A stretch of DNA of 64,000 nucleotides from a bacterium. GTDB lineage: Bacteria > UBA10199 > 2-02-FULL-44-16 > JAAZCA01. The position numbers were made by a program, and so were the translations under genes. The first letter of the stretch is position 1, and every line of letters begins with the position of its first letter. Shown here piece after piece: positions 19,612-29,101 of this stretch. The notes under the pieces are model-generated. The model was given only the letters and a program-made list of their open reading frames with translations. It searched no databases and was not told the origin of the DNA. Location of the stretch: contig CAXXGI010000003.1 of assembly GCA_963674695.2 (NCBI GenBank), forward strand, positions 672,001 to 736,000. Direction: 5' to 3'.

Positions 19612-19855
19612 TGTCATCTCGCTTGCCCGCCGGCTTTGTGGCGGGACCGGATGACACAAAGATTGTCATCCCGACCGAGTGAAACGAGTGGAGGGATCTC
19701 ATGAGATCCTTCGACTCGTCCGTCCCGGTCTCGCTCAGGATGACATCAATTGCACATCGCGCCCGAAATCGACTGTCATCTCGACCGACCGGAGGGAGTG
19801 GAGAGATCTCATGAGATCCTTCGACTCGTCCGTCCCGGTCTCGCTCAGGATGACA
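19612..19855. repeat. Three tandem GTCA...TGAC palindromic elements, two sharing an identical right half
   Basis: GATCTCATGAGATCCTTCGACTCGTCCGTCCCGGTCTCGCTCAGGATGACATC occurs at about 19695-19748 and 19805-19858. Confidence 0.88.
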
Positions 19856-19861
19856 TCGTCC

Positions 19862-20155
19862 TCACCCCTTCCGAAAGAGGTCGTCGAGTTTTCCCTTCGC
19901 CTCATCGGCGCGTTTGTGTTCGTCTTCGGCATCGCGACCAAACTGGAAGAACTCACAAAAATTCGAGGTCTCCTTGTCGGAGACGATCTGCGACTGATTC
20001 TCTCGGCATTGATTGTGATAGGTGCGATCGTAGAGTGCGCACTGCAGACAGCAGTGCAGGTCGCGCTTGCAGGAGGGGCATTCTTCCAAGCGCCCCACCC
20101 GGTCGATGATCTCCACTTCCGCTCCGCAGAAGGTACATCGGCCGGTCTTGGTCAT
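19862..20155 (-). CDS. Cys-rich, probably zinc-binding hypothetical protein (97 aa)
   Basis: CTFC, CPSC, HCCLQC, C..NFCEFF; overlaps the pssA stop. Confidence 0.8.
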   Translation of the reverse strand: MTKTGRCTFCGAEVEIIDRVGRLEECPSCKRDLHCCLQCALYDRTYHNQCRENQSQIVSDKETSNFCEFFQFGRDAEDEHKRADEAKGKLDDLFRKG

Positions 20156-21030
20156 CTCCCCTTCTCCTCCGGCGGCATCGCCTCATCATCGTGCGAAGAT
20201 TCCTCGTCGTCGATATAGAGGTCTTTCCCGCCGATGACGGCCAACCGTTTTCGTTCGGCCCGCTCCTCGCGCGAACGACGCACACGGCGCACGAAGCGGC
20301 GGCTCTGCCGCAGCGTAATCAGCTCTTCAACCACGCCGGAGGCGACATATCCGAGCACCAGAACGAACATGGTGATCTCAGGCTTGATGGCCACAACGAA
20401 GACGCCGATCACAAAGAGCACGAGGGCAAAGAAGGAATACCGCCCGCGCAGATCGACCACCTTCATGCTGCGATAGCGGATCGTCGAAACCATGAGCAGT
20501 GCCAGCGTCATGGCAAGCCCTGCGACCAGCCAGCTTCCCTCGGGCGGAAACGTGAACAGGTGCTGATAGAAGATGACGAACGTCGCGATCACATAGGCCG
20601 CGATCGGAATAGGCAAGCCTTGAAAATATTCCACCTCGACATCGTCGTGCTGAACGTTGAAGCGCGCCAGGCGTAACGCGCCGCAGGCAAAGTAGAGGAA
20701 GGCCGCCAGCCACCCGAATTTCTTGAGGCCATAGAGCGACCAGGTATAGACGAGGATTCCGGGAGCAAGCCCAAAGGAAGACAGATCGACGAGCGAGTCG
20801 TATTCGATGCCAAACTGACTCTCGGCCTTGGCCAGGCGTGCAAGACGCCCATCGAGCAGGTCGAAGATGCCCGCGAGCAAAATCGCCCAGGCCGCATAAG
20901 CGAACTCTCCCGAGAGCGATTTGACGACGGAGAAAAAACCACAGAAGAGACTGGCGGTGGTGCAGATGTTCGGCAGGAGGTAGACTCCCCGCTTCATCCC
21001 CTCGCGCCGCTTGTTCATTTTCATATTCAT
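20152..21030 (-). CDS. pssA: CDP-diacylglycerol--serine O-phosphatidyltransferase
   Basis: LPNICT, DLLDGRLAR...G...DSLVD CDP-alcohol motif, LRLARFN, FQGLPIP; exact start uncertain. Confidence 0.95.
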   Translation of the reverse strand: MNMKMNKRREGMKRGVYLLPNICTTASLFCGFFSVVKSLSGEFAYAAWAILLAGIFDLLDGRLARLAKAESQFGIEYDSLVDLSSFGLAPGILVYTWSLYGLKKFGWLAAFLYFACGALRLARFNVQHDDVEVEYFQGLPIPIAAYVIATFVIFYQHLFTFPPEGSWLVAGLAMTLALLMVSTIRYRSMKVVDLRGRYSFFALVLFVIGVFVVAIKPEITMFVLVLGYVASGVVEELITLRQSRRFVRRVRRSREERAERKRLAVIGGKDLYIDDEESSHDDEAMPPEEKGR

Positions 21031-21086
21031 TTCACATTTCCTTCACAGCGGGAACGCCTCTCGGGGAATCAGGTTATCGGGAAGGG

Positions 21087-21758
21087 TCACACCATGGTTC
21101 CGAGAATGGTCGCCCCCCCACGGACACGATCGCCGGAGTTCACACTCACGGCCGTTTCGGGGGGAAGATAGAGATCGACACGCGAACCGAAGCGGATGAG
21201 ACCGTAGCGGTCGCCCCGCAAACGCCGATCGCCCTCCTGGCAATAGCAGACGATACGCCGCGCGACGAGCCCTGCGATCTGCACCATGACCATTTCGCGA
21301 CCCGCATCGTCCTCGAGAATCAGGACATTGCGCTCGTTGTGCTCGCAGGCCTTGTCGAGGCTGGCCACGAAAAAACGCCCGGCATGATAGATGATGCGTT
21401 TCACCTTCGCGGAGACCGGAAAGCGATTCATGTGGACGTTGAAGACGGACATAAAGATGGAGATCTTCGTGGAGGAAACATCGGTGTGCGGCGCGCGCAC
21501 ATTGCGTTCGACTGAGAGTACGCGCCCGTCGGCAGGAGCGATGATCGCTCCCGACTCCTGCGGCACCGCTCGTTCCGGATTGCGGAAGAAGAAGACCACG
21601 AAGGCCGTCAGCCCGAGCATGAGCACCGAACCGATGCCCCAGCCAACCGACCAGAGCAAAAGCGTGGCGACAATCCCGATGCCGATAAACGGAAACCCTT
21701 CGCGCGCAACGATGAGTTGCTTCGGCTCCTGCCGATAGATGGGAAGTGTCATGTCCAT
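21087..21758 (-). CDS. psd: Phosphatidylserine decarboxylase proenzyme
   Basis: FFRNPER, APADG, IFMSVFNVH, QIAGLVARRI, IRFGSRVD cleavage motif. Confidence 0.95.
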   Translation of the reverse strand: MDMTLPIYRQEPKQLIVAREGFPFIGIGIVATLLLWSVGWGIGSVLMLGLTAFVVFFFRNPERAVPQESGAIIAPADGRVLSVERNVRAPHTDVSSTKISIFMSVFNVHMNRFPVSAKVKRIIYHAGRFFVASLDKACEHNERNVLILEDDAGREMVMVQIAGLVARRIVCYCQEGDRRLRGDRYGLIRFGSRVDLYLPPETAVSVNSGDRVRGGATILGTMV

Positions 21759-21801
21759 CCTCTGCTCCTTCAGAACGATATTGATGATGACCTCGGGCGC
21801 C

Positions 21802-22029
21802 CTACTCGCCCTTTCGATAGTTGACGAGGATCTTCTCGATCTCATCGCGACCCATGAGCTTGAGCTTCTGCAGATTCTTGCGCTCGATCTCATCTTCAGG
21901 CGTGAGATACGACTTGTTGTTGTACTCCTCCAACTTCACCTCAAAGTCCTTATGTTCCTTGTAGAGCTTGGCCAGGCGGGAGTCATCGACCAGGTGCTTT
22001 TCGATCAGTTCAATCTCATACGCTTCCAT
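21802..22029 (-). CDS. Small helical protein, YdcH/DUF465-like
   Basis: LYKEH...LTPEDEIERKNLQKLKLMGRDEIEKIL pattern; GAGGAGG RBS. Confidence 0.8.
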   Translation of the reverse strand: MEAYEIELIEKHLVDDSRLAKLYKEHKDFEVKLEEYNNKSYLTPEDEIERKNLQKLKLMGRDEIEKILVNYRKGE

Positions 22030-22243
22030 GAAAACCTCCTCTGAAAAAGGGCCTGGTGCTCGTTTTCAGCGCCAGACCCCATTCGCCTCTGTTCGAGGGC
22101 AGGCGCAGTAAAAGGGCCTGCCCCGTTAGTGATCATTCATGGTTCTATCCTATCCAAACCAAACCGGGCCTGTCAAGGAATGGCTTGATATTTCAAGAGT
22201 TTTTGGCTATTTCCCTACTGAAATCAACGCAAAAAACCGGTGA

Positions 22244-22302
22244 TTGACTCTCTCCCCCTCAAATGGCATAATATTACTCGATAATAACTATGGATAGTTA
22301 TT
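22244..22302 (+). promoter_or_regulatory. Sigma70 promoter plus inverted-repeat operator of the abiE operon
   Basis: TTGACT-17nt-CATAAT with TG extension; AATAACTAT-GG-ATAGTTATT at 22283-22302. Confidence 0.7.
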
Positions 22303-22315
22303 TACTGGTATCCTT

Positions 22316-22951
22316 ATGAAATTTGAAGCCTTTCAATACTGCGTCAAGGACATGGTCATTCTCACCAATGACGTCCTGCGCCACATCCTTGGAGACACGC
22401 CCTCTGCGCGCAACCTCCTTCATCGCTGGGCAAAGGAAGGACGCCTCATCCGCCTCAAACGTGGATTCTATGTCCTGGCCGAGCGTTACCGTCGACCACA
22501 ATCGTTTCTTTCATTCGTCATCGCCAACCGCTTGAGCTCCCCCTCCACCATCTCCCTCGACTCGGCCCTGGCCTACCACGGAATGATTCCGGAACGCGTC
22601 GTCGAAATCACCTCCGTCAGCCTCAAACGCACAAAGGACTTTGTAAACCCCTTCGGCCGATTCACCTACCGAAAGCTTTCGCGTGGAGCCTATTCGCAGG
22701 GCATCATCATCGAAGGCTCTGAAACAGAGCGCTTTCTCATCGCTGATCGCGAAAAGGCGCTGCTCGATAAAATCTATTTCTCCCATGCTCAGCGGCACTT
22801 CCATATCTCCTATCTCATCGATTCCCTGCGCATTGAGGAGGAGGATATCCTTCGACTGAATTTCGATCGGCTCACCGAATATGCCGCACACTATCCAACG
22901 AAGAAGATGAAGCAGGTCGTCACAACCATGAGGAGACACTATGGGACTTGA
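22316..22951 (+). CDS. abiEi: Type IV toxin-antitoxin antitoxin, AbiEi family
   Basis: N-terminal wHTH with LIRLKRGFYV, ISLDSALAYHGMIPE, EKALLD. Confidence 0.85.
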   Translation: MKFEAFQYCVKDMVILTNDVLRHILGDTPSARNLLHRWAKEGRLIRLKRGFYVLAERYRRPQSFLSFVIANRLSSPSTISLDSALAYHGMIPERVVEITSVSLKRTKDFVNPFGRFTYRKLSRGAYSQGIIIEGSETERFLIADREKALLDKIYFSHAQRHFHISYLIDSLRIEEEDILRLNFDRLTEYAAHYPTKKMKQVVTTMRRHYGT

Positions 22952-23786
22952 AATCATCCGGGAACGCTTGCGAACACATTTCGCGTTGAACCCTGAATCT
23001 GCTGAAATCATGGCGCTTGAAAACGCCCTCAAAGAAACCATGCAGGAGATTGCCTTGAGAGGACTGGCGCTCAACGGTTTTTTTCAGGATGCGATCTTCC
23101 AGGGAGGCACCTGCCTGCGCATTCTGCACCGCATGCCGAGATTTTCAGAGGATCTGGATTTTACGCTGGGCGAAAAGAAACACGGATACGAAATGGCGCC
23201 ACATCTCAAAGCCGTACAAGAGGAGCTCTTTGCCTTCGGCATCGACACACAGGTTCAGCATGATCCGGACAAGACCTCCGCCGTCATGAAGGCCGTCATC
23301 AAGGCCCCCTCAATCGAAGCCATTCTCGGCCGAAGATCTGCCGCGGGGCGTCTCAGAAATATTCGAATCAAGGTGGAGATCGACGTAAATCCACCGGCGG
23401 GTCACACCACGGAGATCAAACCGCTCCTGTGGCCCTCACCCGTCTCCATCGTTGCGCATGACATCCCTTCCCTCTTTGCAGGGAAATTACATGCCGTGCT
23501 GACCCGACCGTATGACAAGGGGAGAGATTGGTATGATCTGGCCTGGTACGTGCAACGACGCGCCGAAATCAATTTTACCGCTCTCAAGAATGCGCTCGTT
23601 CAAACATCATCATGCGATGCGTGTACCAGCATCAACGCCGAAACGGTTAAAGAGATGCTCATCGCTCGACTCGAGCAGATGAATCTCGAGCAGGTCAAGG
23701 CCGATGTCAGGCCGCTCGTCCCTGATGGGCGTGAGGTCAACATGTGGGATAAGAATCTCTTCCGAGGAATCATTGAACAGATCTGA
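22941..23786 (+). CDS. abiEii: Type IV toxin-antitoxin nucleotidyltransferase toxin, AbiEii family
   Basis: FQGGTCLR, RFSEDLDF, AGKLHA, KGRDWYDL motifs. Confidence 0.9.
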   Translation: MGLEIIRERLRTHFALNPESAEIMALENALKETMQEIALRGLALNGFFQDAIFQGGTCLRILHRMPRFSEDLDFTLGEKKHGYEMAPHLKAVQEELFAFGIDTQVQHDPDKTSAVMKAVIKAPSIEAILGRRSAAGRLRNIRIKVEIDVNPPAGHTTEIKPLLWPSPVSIVAHDIPSLFAGKLHAVLTRPYDKGRDWYDLAWYVQRRAEINFTALKNALVQTSSCDACTSINAETVKEMLIARLEQMNLEQVKADVRPLVPDGREVNMWDKNLFRGIIEQI

Positions 23787-24920
23787 TCAGCGCTGGCGGT
23801 CGGCTCTGCGCTGCAGCCGTTCCAAGCGTTCCAGCGGATTGTAGTCGCGCACCTCGGTCAGCTCGATCTCAAAGGTCTTTTCATCTCTGCGCGGGTGAAC
23901 CTGCACCTGGCTGACCTTGGCATAGGAGGTCGACTTCTCCGCACGGCGATAGGCCTCGCCCAGGTAATGCTCGATCGGCCTCTCTACCGGACGGCGAAAA
24001 CGCACGACCACCAGCCCCGGCGCTGTAACCTCGACGGTGAAGGCGTTCCCCTTCGGGAGAGCTCCATGATCCTGCATACTTGTGATCTGCTTCTGCATCT
24101 GATCCTGCAGCTTCACCTTATAGTCGATCAACTCCGATCGCTGAAAGATGCTCGGCTGTTTATACTCGCTGGCCAGCCCCATATCGCCGGGAATTGCTTT
24201 ATAGATCTTCTCAAAAGAGGCCTGCGGGTCCTTGAGGTCGATCGGAATATGCTGCTGATCCGAAAACAACGCCGGCTTCGTGGGGTGAGAGAGCTGCAGA
24301 TCCAGGTGATCACCGTTCATCTTGCAGACGTGCACCTCGAACCCGGCGTCTACGAGCGCACGCTGCACATTCGCAAGCCCCGTCTTGACGACGTCATGCT
24401 TGGCACGCACCCCAACCTTCTTTGCAATCGCCTCATCGAGCGATGTATCCCCATAGCAGTTCATGCCCCCTGCGATGGTCACATCGAAGGTCTCTTTCGA
24501 TCCCAGAAATGGATCCCCGATGGTGACCTTGAGTTCCCCATCCTGGCCGGCCATCTCGATGCCGGCCACGACAAATCCGCCCTTATGGGCCTTGGTGTAG
24601 ACCGAATTGATCGAGCACCGAACCCCCTCATAGAACCGGATCAGCGGCTTGAGGGCATCGGGCGCTTCCTGCATGAGCTTCTGTGTGTCCCACTTCTCAT
24701 AACAGGCATTGCTGTAATCCTCGCATTTGCGCCCGAAGTCCGTGGAAGCGTCCCGAAAGCTCCCCATCACCTTCGTCCCGCTCTCCATCGCGACATCCGC
24801 GATTTCGCTTGAATCGACGACGAGCTCGTCCTCTTCGCCATAGAGATCGAAGCGCTCGCAGAACTCGCGCAGCTCGCTCCCCTCGGGGAGCTTGGAATAA
24901 TCAAATTTGATGTCGGTCAT
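23787..24920 (-). CDS. Hypothetical protein (377 aa), no signal peptide
   Basis: GGAGG RBS, coding-like codon usage; stop abuts the abiEii stop. Confidence 0.75.
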   Translation of the reverse strand: MTDIKFDYSKLPEGSELREFCERFDLYGEEDELVVDSSEIADVAMESGTKVMGSFRDASTDFGRKCEDYSNACYEKWDTQKLMQEAPDALKPLIRFYEGVRCSINSVYTKAHKGGFVVAGIEMAGQDGELKVTIGDPFLGSKETFDVTIAGGMNCYGDTSLDEAIAKKVGVRAKHDVVKTGLANVQRALVDAGFEVHVCKMNGDHLDLQLSHPTKPALFSDQQHIPIDLKDPQASFEKIYKAIPGDMGLASEYKQPSIFQRSELIDYKVKLQDQMQKQITSMQDHGALPKGNAFTVEVTAPGLVVVRFRRPVERPIEHYLGEAYRRAEKSTSYAKVSQVQVHPRRDEKTFEIELTEVRDYNPLERLERLQRRADRQR

Positions 24921-24953
24921 GGCAAAACCTCCGAATAGTTGTTTGATGGTGAA

Positions 24954-25036
24954 CTCCCCTCCTTTGTAAGGAGGGGTCGGGGGAGGTAGATCCCGAACTA
25001 CCCCACCCTCACCCTCCCCTTACAAAGGGGAGGGAA
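24954..25036. repeat. Second REP-like family doublet (CCCCTCC...GGAGGGG type)
   Basis: CCCCTCCTTTGTAAGGAGGGG and CCCTCCCCTTACAAAGGGGAGGG in inverted arrangement. Confidence 0.75.
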
Positions 25037-25054
25037 CACAGATCTTCACCCTTG

Positions 25055-25086
25055 TTATCGGCTCGCCGACCCCCTGAAGTTGCGTC
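25055..25086 (-). promoter_or_regulatory. GCAAC-N17-CCGATAA putative alternative-sigma promoter
   Basis: Minus strand GACGCAACTTCAGGGGGTCGGCGAGCCGATAA upstream of 24920 ATG. Confidence 0.55.
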
Positions 25087-25206
25087 GGGTGTGAACCAAT
25101 ATCGCCATCATTTCCGCCGGGGGCTCCAGTTCCTCCGACGAGGAGAACATTCGCCGGACACTTCTAAGGAACCGGCGTATCTCGTTGATTTATATGGGCT
25201 CTATTG

Positions 25207-25222
25207 TGGCACAGCGCTTGCA
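25207..25222 (+). promoter_or_regulatory. Sigma54 (-24/-12) promoter
   Basis: TGGCACAGCGCTTGCA, consensus match, about 40 nt before ATG 25262. Confidence 0.85.
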
Positions 25223-25261
25223 ATTACTCATTCCATCGAGGGGACCATCTGGAGACTCACT

Positions 25262-27283
25262 ATGCCACGAACCAAGATCGCCATCCTCTTCATCATCCTC
25301 GCCTTCTCACTCCAGGGCTGTATGGGCTGCGGGGCCACGGGCGGAGATGACCCGAATCCAAATCCAGCCCCCCCTTCCAATGATGATGTGACCATAACAA
25401 GCACCGCGGTCATCTATACGGCCAGCGATGGCAATGATCTCGAGATCTTCATGGCCGATGCCGCCACGGGCGAGACCAAGCAGCTCACGAACAATGAAAC
25501 GAACGACCAAAACGCCATATCCCTGCCGGATGCCTCACTTGTGGCCTACAACTGTGATGACGGCGCCGATCGGGAGATCTGTCTCGTCGACACCAAGAGC
25601 GGGCAGACCCATCAGCTCACAAACGATTCTGCCTCGAACCGCATCTTCGCCTGGATGGGCGACGGCCGTTATCTGCTCACCTTTCGCGGACGCGTGAACG
25701 ACACGCTCGCGCGCTATGAACGCTTCGATCTGCGCGAGGGCGGACGCAAGACGTTCGATCTGCAGGCGATCGTCGGAACGGATGCGTTGATCACGATCGT
25801 CGGAAGATCCTTCGGTAGTAATCGCATGCTCACGATTGGCCCCACAATCTCCTCCGGAACGCACCTGCTCGTTCGACGCTTCGACGAAGACCCCATGAGG
25901 GCGGTCTCGACCTATGGACTGGTGGACGTCGCCGACGCCTCCTATCGGGAACTCATCGCCGCCCCGCGAAGCAGACCAGAGTGGATCGACGATGAACGCA
26001 TCGTTGTCGCGACCGGGCCGTTCAGTGCGGAGAAATCTGACGTCACCCTCTTCGACACCGCGGGCAATCAGGAGACAATCGCCGAATCGGTGGAGGACTG
26101 GTCGGCCTGCGCGCGCTATCCCCGTTTGCGCGCACTCGGCTCTGAACGCGAGCACCTTATCACCGACAAGATCGTCGCACTCATCGACGGCGGAGCCACA
26201 CTTCGCATCTATGACACCCTCAATGAGGCTTCAACCGACGTCCCCTTTGAGGGAACGAGCCAACGCAACGAGGTCCACTGCAACGGTGGCGATCGGGTGG
26301 TCATCGTGCGCGACGCGGAGATCCTGATGATCGACACCGCCGATGCCACGCAGACGAGCTGGACGCCGCCTGCGGATTTTGCGCGTACAGCGGAACTCTC
26401 GCCGGACGGCCATTATCTGGCCTATCACACCGATGTCGAGGAGCTCGAACCCCTGCGCATCTTAAACCTCACGGACGGATCCTTCAGCCCGACGATCGGA
26501 GTAGCAGGACGCTTCTCCGGGTCGGTCCATCCGAATTCCGCCTATAGCTTCACGACGGATGAACGATTTTATCAGTACGACAGTGTGCGCGATGTCGCCA
26601 CCGCAGCTGAAGTGGAACCGGGGTGGGATTATGTCATCACCCTGTCTCGCGGGCCGGGTGCGATCGTGGCCACCGGCGATACAACCGATGAACATCTCGA
26701 GATCCGTCCCTTCGACGGCGGAGATCCAATAACACTCGTTGGAGCAATCCCACATGCAATGGATAGATATTTCACGACCACCATCGCTCAGTGGGTCCAG
26801 GCAAGCGGGGAGCTCATCGAGCCCGAGGGATTGACGCCGAGCACTCAGACACCGAAACCGACGATCAGCGATCCTATGGTGAGCTGCTCACAACAGACCG
26901 GCATGATGTCTTCATGGGGTTCGATGAACGGCATGGAGATGGAAGTCTATCTGGCCGAGGTCGGTCAGGAGTGCACGGGATCGTTCTACGTCTCCTCGCG
27001 CAACGCATCGGCGAACATCGCCGTCGCCATGGGATCCGCGGGCACCGAATCCATCCCTGCGGGACTCACGTCAATCCCGGAATGCGAGGTCATGGATTTC
27101 TCCACCACGGAGACGACCCCCGCACCCTGGTATACGGGCGGAACAACGCTCGCCTGCAGCATCGCCATCACCCCCAACAGCGCGCACACGGGCGAACACA
27201 ACATTCGCCTCACCGCCCGCGACCTCGACAATAATACGAGCGCGTATCATTCCTTCTGGCTGGTGGTGGAAGAAGCGGAGTGA
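25262..27283 (+). CDS. Lipoprotein with TolB/PD40-like beta-propeller repeats and a C-terminal beta-sandwich-like domain
   Basis: Lipobox LQGC; repeated EIF/EIC...QLTN units; LSPDGHYLAY. Confidence 0.8.
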   Translation: MPRTKIAILFIILAFSLQGCMGCGATGGDDPNPNPAPPSNDDVTITSTAVIYTASDGNDLEIFMADAATGETKQLTNNETNDQNAISLPDASLVAYNCDDGADREICLVDTKSGQTHQLTNDSASNRIFAWMGDGRYLLTFRGRVNDTLARYERFDLREGGRKTFDLQAIVGTDALITIVGRSFGSNRMLTIGPTISSGTHLLVRRFDEDPMRAVSTYGLVDVADASYRELIAAPRSRPEWIDDERIVVATGPFSAEKSDVTLFDTAGNQETIAESVEDWSACARYPRLRALGSEREHLITDKIVALIDGGATLRIYDTLNEASTDVPFEGTSQRNEVHCNGGDRVVIVRDAEILMIDTADATQTSWTPPADFARTAELSPDGHYLAYHTDVEELEPLRILNLTDGSFSPTIGVAGRFSGSVHPNSAYSFTTDERFYQYDSVRDVATAAEVEPGWDYVITLSRGPGAIVATGDTTDEHLEIRPFDGGDPITLVGAIPHAMDRYFTTTIAQWVQASGELIEPEGLTPSTQTPKPTISDPMVSCSQQTGMMSSWGSMNGMEMEVYLAEVGQECTGSFYVSSRNASANIAVAMGSAGTESIPAGLTSIPECEVMDFSTTETTPAPWYTGGTTLACSIAITPNSAHTGEHNIRLTARDLDNNTSAYHSFWLVVEEAE

Positions 27284-27307
27284 GATCGAGCGCATTATTC
27301 CGAAGGG

Positions 27308-27445
27308 TGTCATTCCTGCATACCGAAGCTTGTCATTCCCGCGAAGGCGGGAATCTCGATTGTCACAAAACGTCGAGATCCCCGCTTTCGCGAGGATGAC
27401 AAAACCAAGTCCGTCGGGATCCTTCGCTTCGCTCGAGGATGACAC
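27308..27445. repeat. GTCA-type REP cluster between convergent genes
   Basis: TGTCATTCCCGCGAAGGCGGGAATCTCG...CGAGATCCCCGCTTTCGCGAGGATGACA; GATCCTTCGCTTCGCTCGAGGATGACA. Confidence 0.88.
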
Positions 27446-27453
27446 AGCGATGG

Positions 27454-28989
27454 TCAGACCTTCAAAGGGCCGGCGGATTTTTCGGCGGCGTGGACCAGTT
27501 CACCCGAGCGCACGAGCTGCGTGCAGGCCTCGATATCGAAGCGAAATTCACGGTCGTTGACCACCGGGGGAACCTCTTTCCGAACGAGCGCATAAGCAGC
27601 CCCCGTCCCCTTCCCCGGACGCCCATGCCGACACTGCAGGTCGATGGCCTGGCAGGCGGCGAAGACCTCGATGGCGATGACATGCTCGACATTGCCGATG
27701 ATCTCGAGCGCCTTGCGCGCTGAGATCGTTCCCATGCTGACGTGATCCTCCTGCCCACCGCTGGTCGGGATAGAGTCGACCGAGGCCGGGTGTGCCAGCA
27801 CCTTATTCTCAGAGACGAGCGAACTCATCGTCACATGCGCAATCATGAGACCGGAGTTGAGCCCGGGTTTAGGCGTCAGGAATTTGGTGACGAGCTCGCC
27901 TGAGAGCGGCGAGGTGAGAATGGCCACGCGGCGCTCGGCAATCGAACCGAGCTCGGCCACCGCCATCCCCATCGTATCCATCGCGAGTGCGAGCGGCTCG
28001 CCATGAAAGTTCCCCCCGGAGAGAATGTCGCCGTCCTCCGGAAAGAGAAGCGGATTGTCGGTACAGGAGCCCACCTCGCGCATAATCACGCCCCTGGCAT
28101 AGTCCACCGCATCTTTGACCGCACCGCTCACCTGCGGAATGCAGCGGAAGGAATACGGGTCCTGCACACGCCGGCATTTGGCGTGCCCCGCTATGATGCG
28201 ACTGCCCACGATGAGTTTTCGGATGTTCGCGGCCGTTGCGATCTGCCCCGGATGCGGACGAATGCGATGAATGCGCGCGTCGAACGGACGACGGCTGGCG
28301 CGATCTCCCTCGATGGAGAGCGCACCGGCGACATCAGCCGCGCGCAGGAGATTCTCCAACCGCACGAGTGCGGCAACCCCCATCGCCGCCATCGCCTGCG
28401 TGCCATTGATGAGGGCGATCCCCTCCTTGGCATGCAGCTCGGCCGGCTTGAGTCCCGCCTTGGCCAGCGCACGCTTTGCCGTCATCTCATGACCGGCATA
28501 CCAGACCTTCCCACGCCCGAGCATCGCCAGGGCCAGGTGCGAGAGCGGCGCGAGATCGCCGCTGGCACCGACCGAGCCCTTCTGCGGAATAATCGGCACG
28601 ATGTCGACATTGATCATGTCGACGAGCAATCGCAGCGTCTCCGGACGAATACCGGAATAGCCGGTCGCGAGCACGTTCGCGCGCAGGAGCATGATGAGCC
28701 GTGCGATCGAGGGCGGAAACGGCTCGCCCACGCCGACGGCGTGCGAGAGGATGAGATTCTGCTGCAAGAGATCGAGGTCGCGCTTCGGGATGCGCTTGTT
28801 CGCGAGCATACCGAAGCCCGTGTTGATGCCATAGAACGGTTCGTTCGATTCGAGCTTCTCCTCGACAAAGAGTCTGGCGCGTTTGAGCCGTGGCAATACG
28901 GATTTTGCTATGGCGACCTTCTGTTTTCCATCGAGAAACCGCGCAAATACGTCCAGTGCAATGGAGCCACCATCGAGTGCAATCGTCAT
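27454..28989 (-). CDS. hutH: Histidine ammonia-lyase
   Basis: YGINTGFG, GSVGASGDLAPL (MIO), KEGIALINGT, QDPYSFRC, SGGNFHG, QEDHVSMG. Confidence 0.93.
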   Translation of the reverse strand: MTIALDGGSIALDVFARFLDGKQKVAIAKSVLPRLKRARLFVEEKLESNEPFYGINTGFGMLANKRIPKRDLDLLQQNLILSHAVGVGEPFPPSIARLIMLLRANVLATGYSGIRPETLRLLVDMINVDIVPIIPQKGSVGASGDLAPLSHLALAMLGRGKVWYAGHEMTAKRALAKAGLKPAELHAKEGIALINGTQAMAAMGVAALVRLENLLRAADVAGALSIEGDRASRRPFDARIHRIRPHPGQIATAANIRKLIVGSRIIAGHAKCRRVQDPYSFRCIPQVSGAVKDAVDYARGVIMREVGSCTDNPLLFPEDGDILSGGNFHGEPLALAMDTMGMAVAELGSIAERRVAILTSPLSGELVTKFLTPKPGLNSGLMIAHVTMSSLVSENKVLAHPASVDSIPTSGGQEDHVSMGTISARKALEIIGNVEHVIAIEVFAACQAIDLQCRHGRPGKGTGAAYALVRKEVPPVVNDREFRFDIEACTQLVRSGELVHAAEKSAGPLKV

Positions 28990-29011
28990 GTGGAACCCCT
29001 TTCAATAGCAC

Positions 29012-29041
29012 ATCGAGATCCCCGCTTTCGCGGGGATGACA
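29012..29041. repeat. Single REP unit
   Basis: ATCGAGATCCCCGCTTTCGCGGGGATGACA. Confidence 0.85.
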
Positions 29042-29101
29042 AAACCATGATATATGCACTCTGTGGTCGCTTCCCGACAACACGATCTTCGATGTCACGA
29101 G

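Noticed and set aside
21758-21893. Extended psd ORF overlapping the DUF465-like gene
   Set aside because: ATG 21758 has an RBS and matches family length; the extension is an alternate frame
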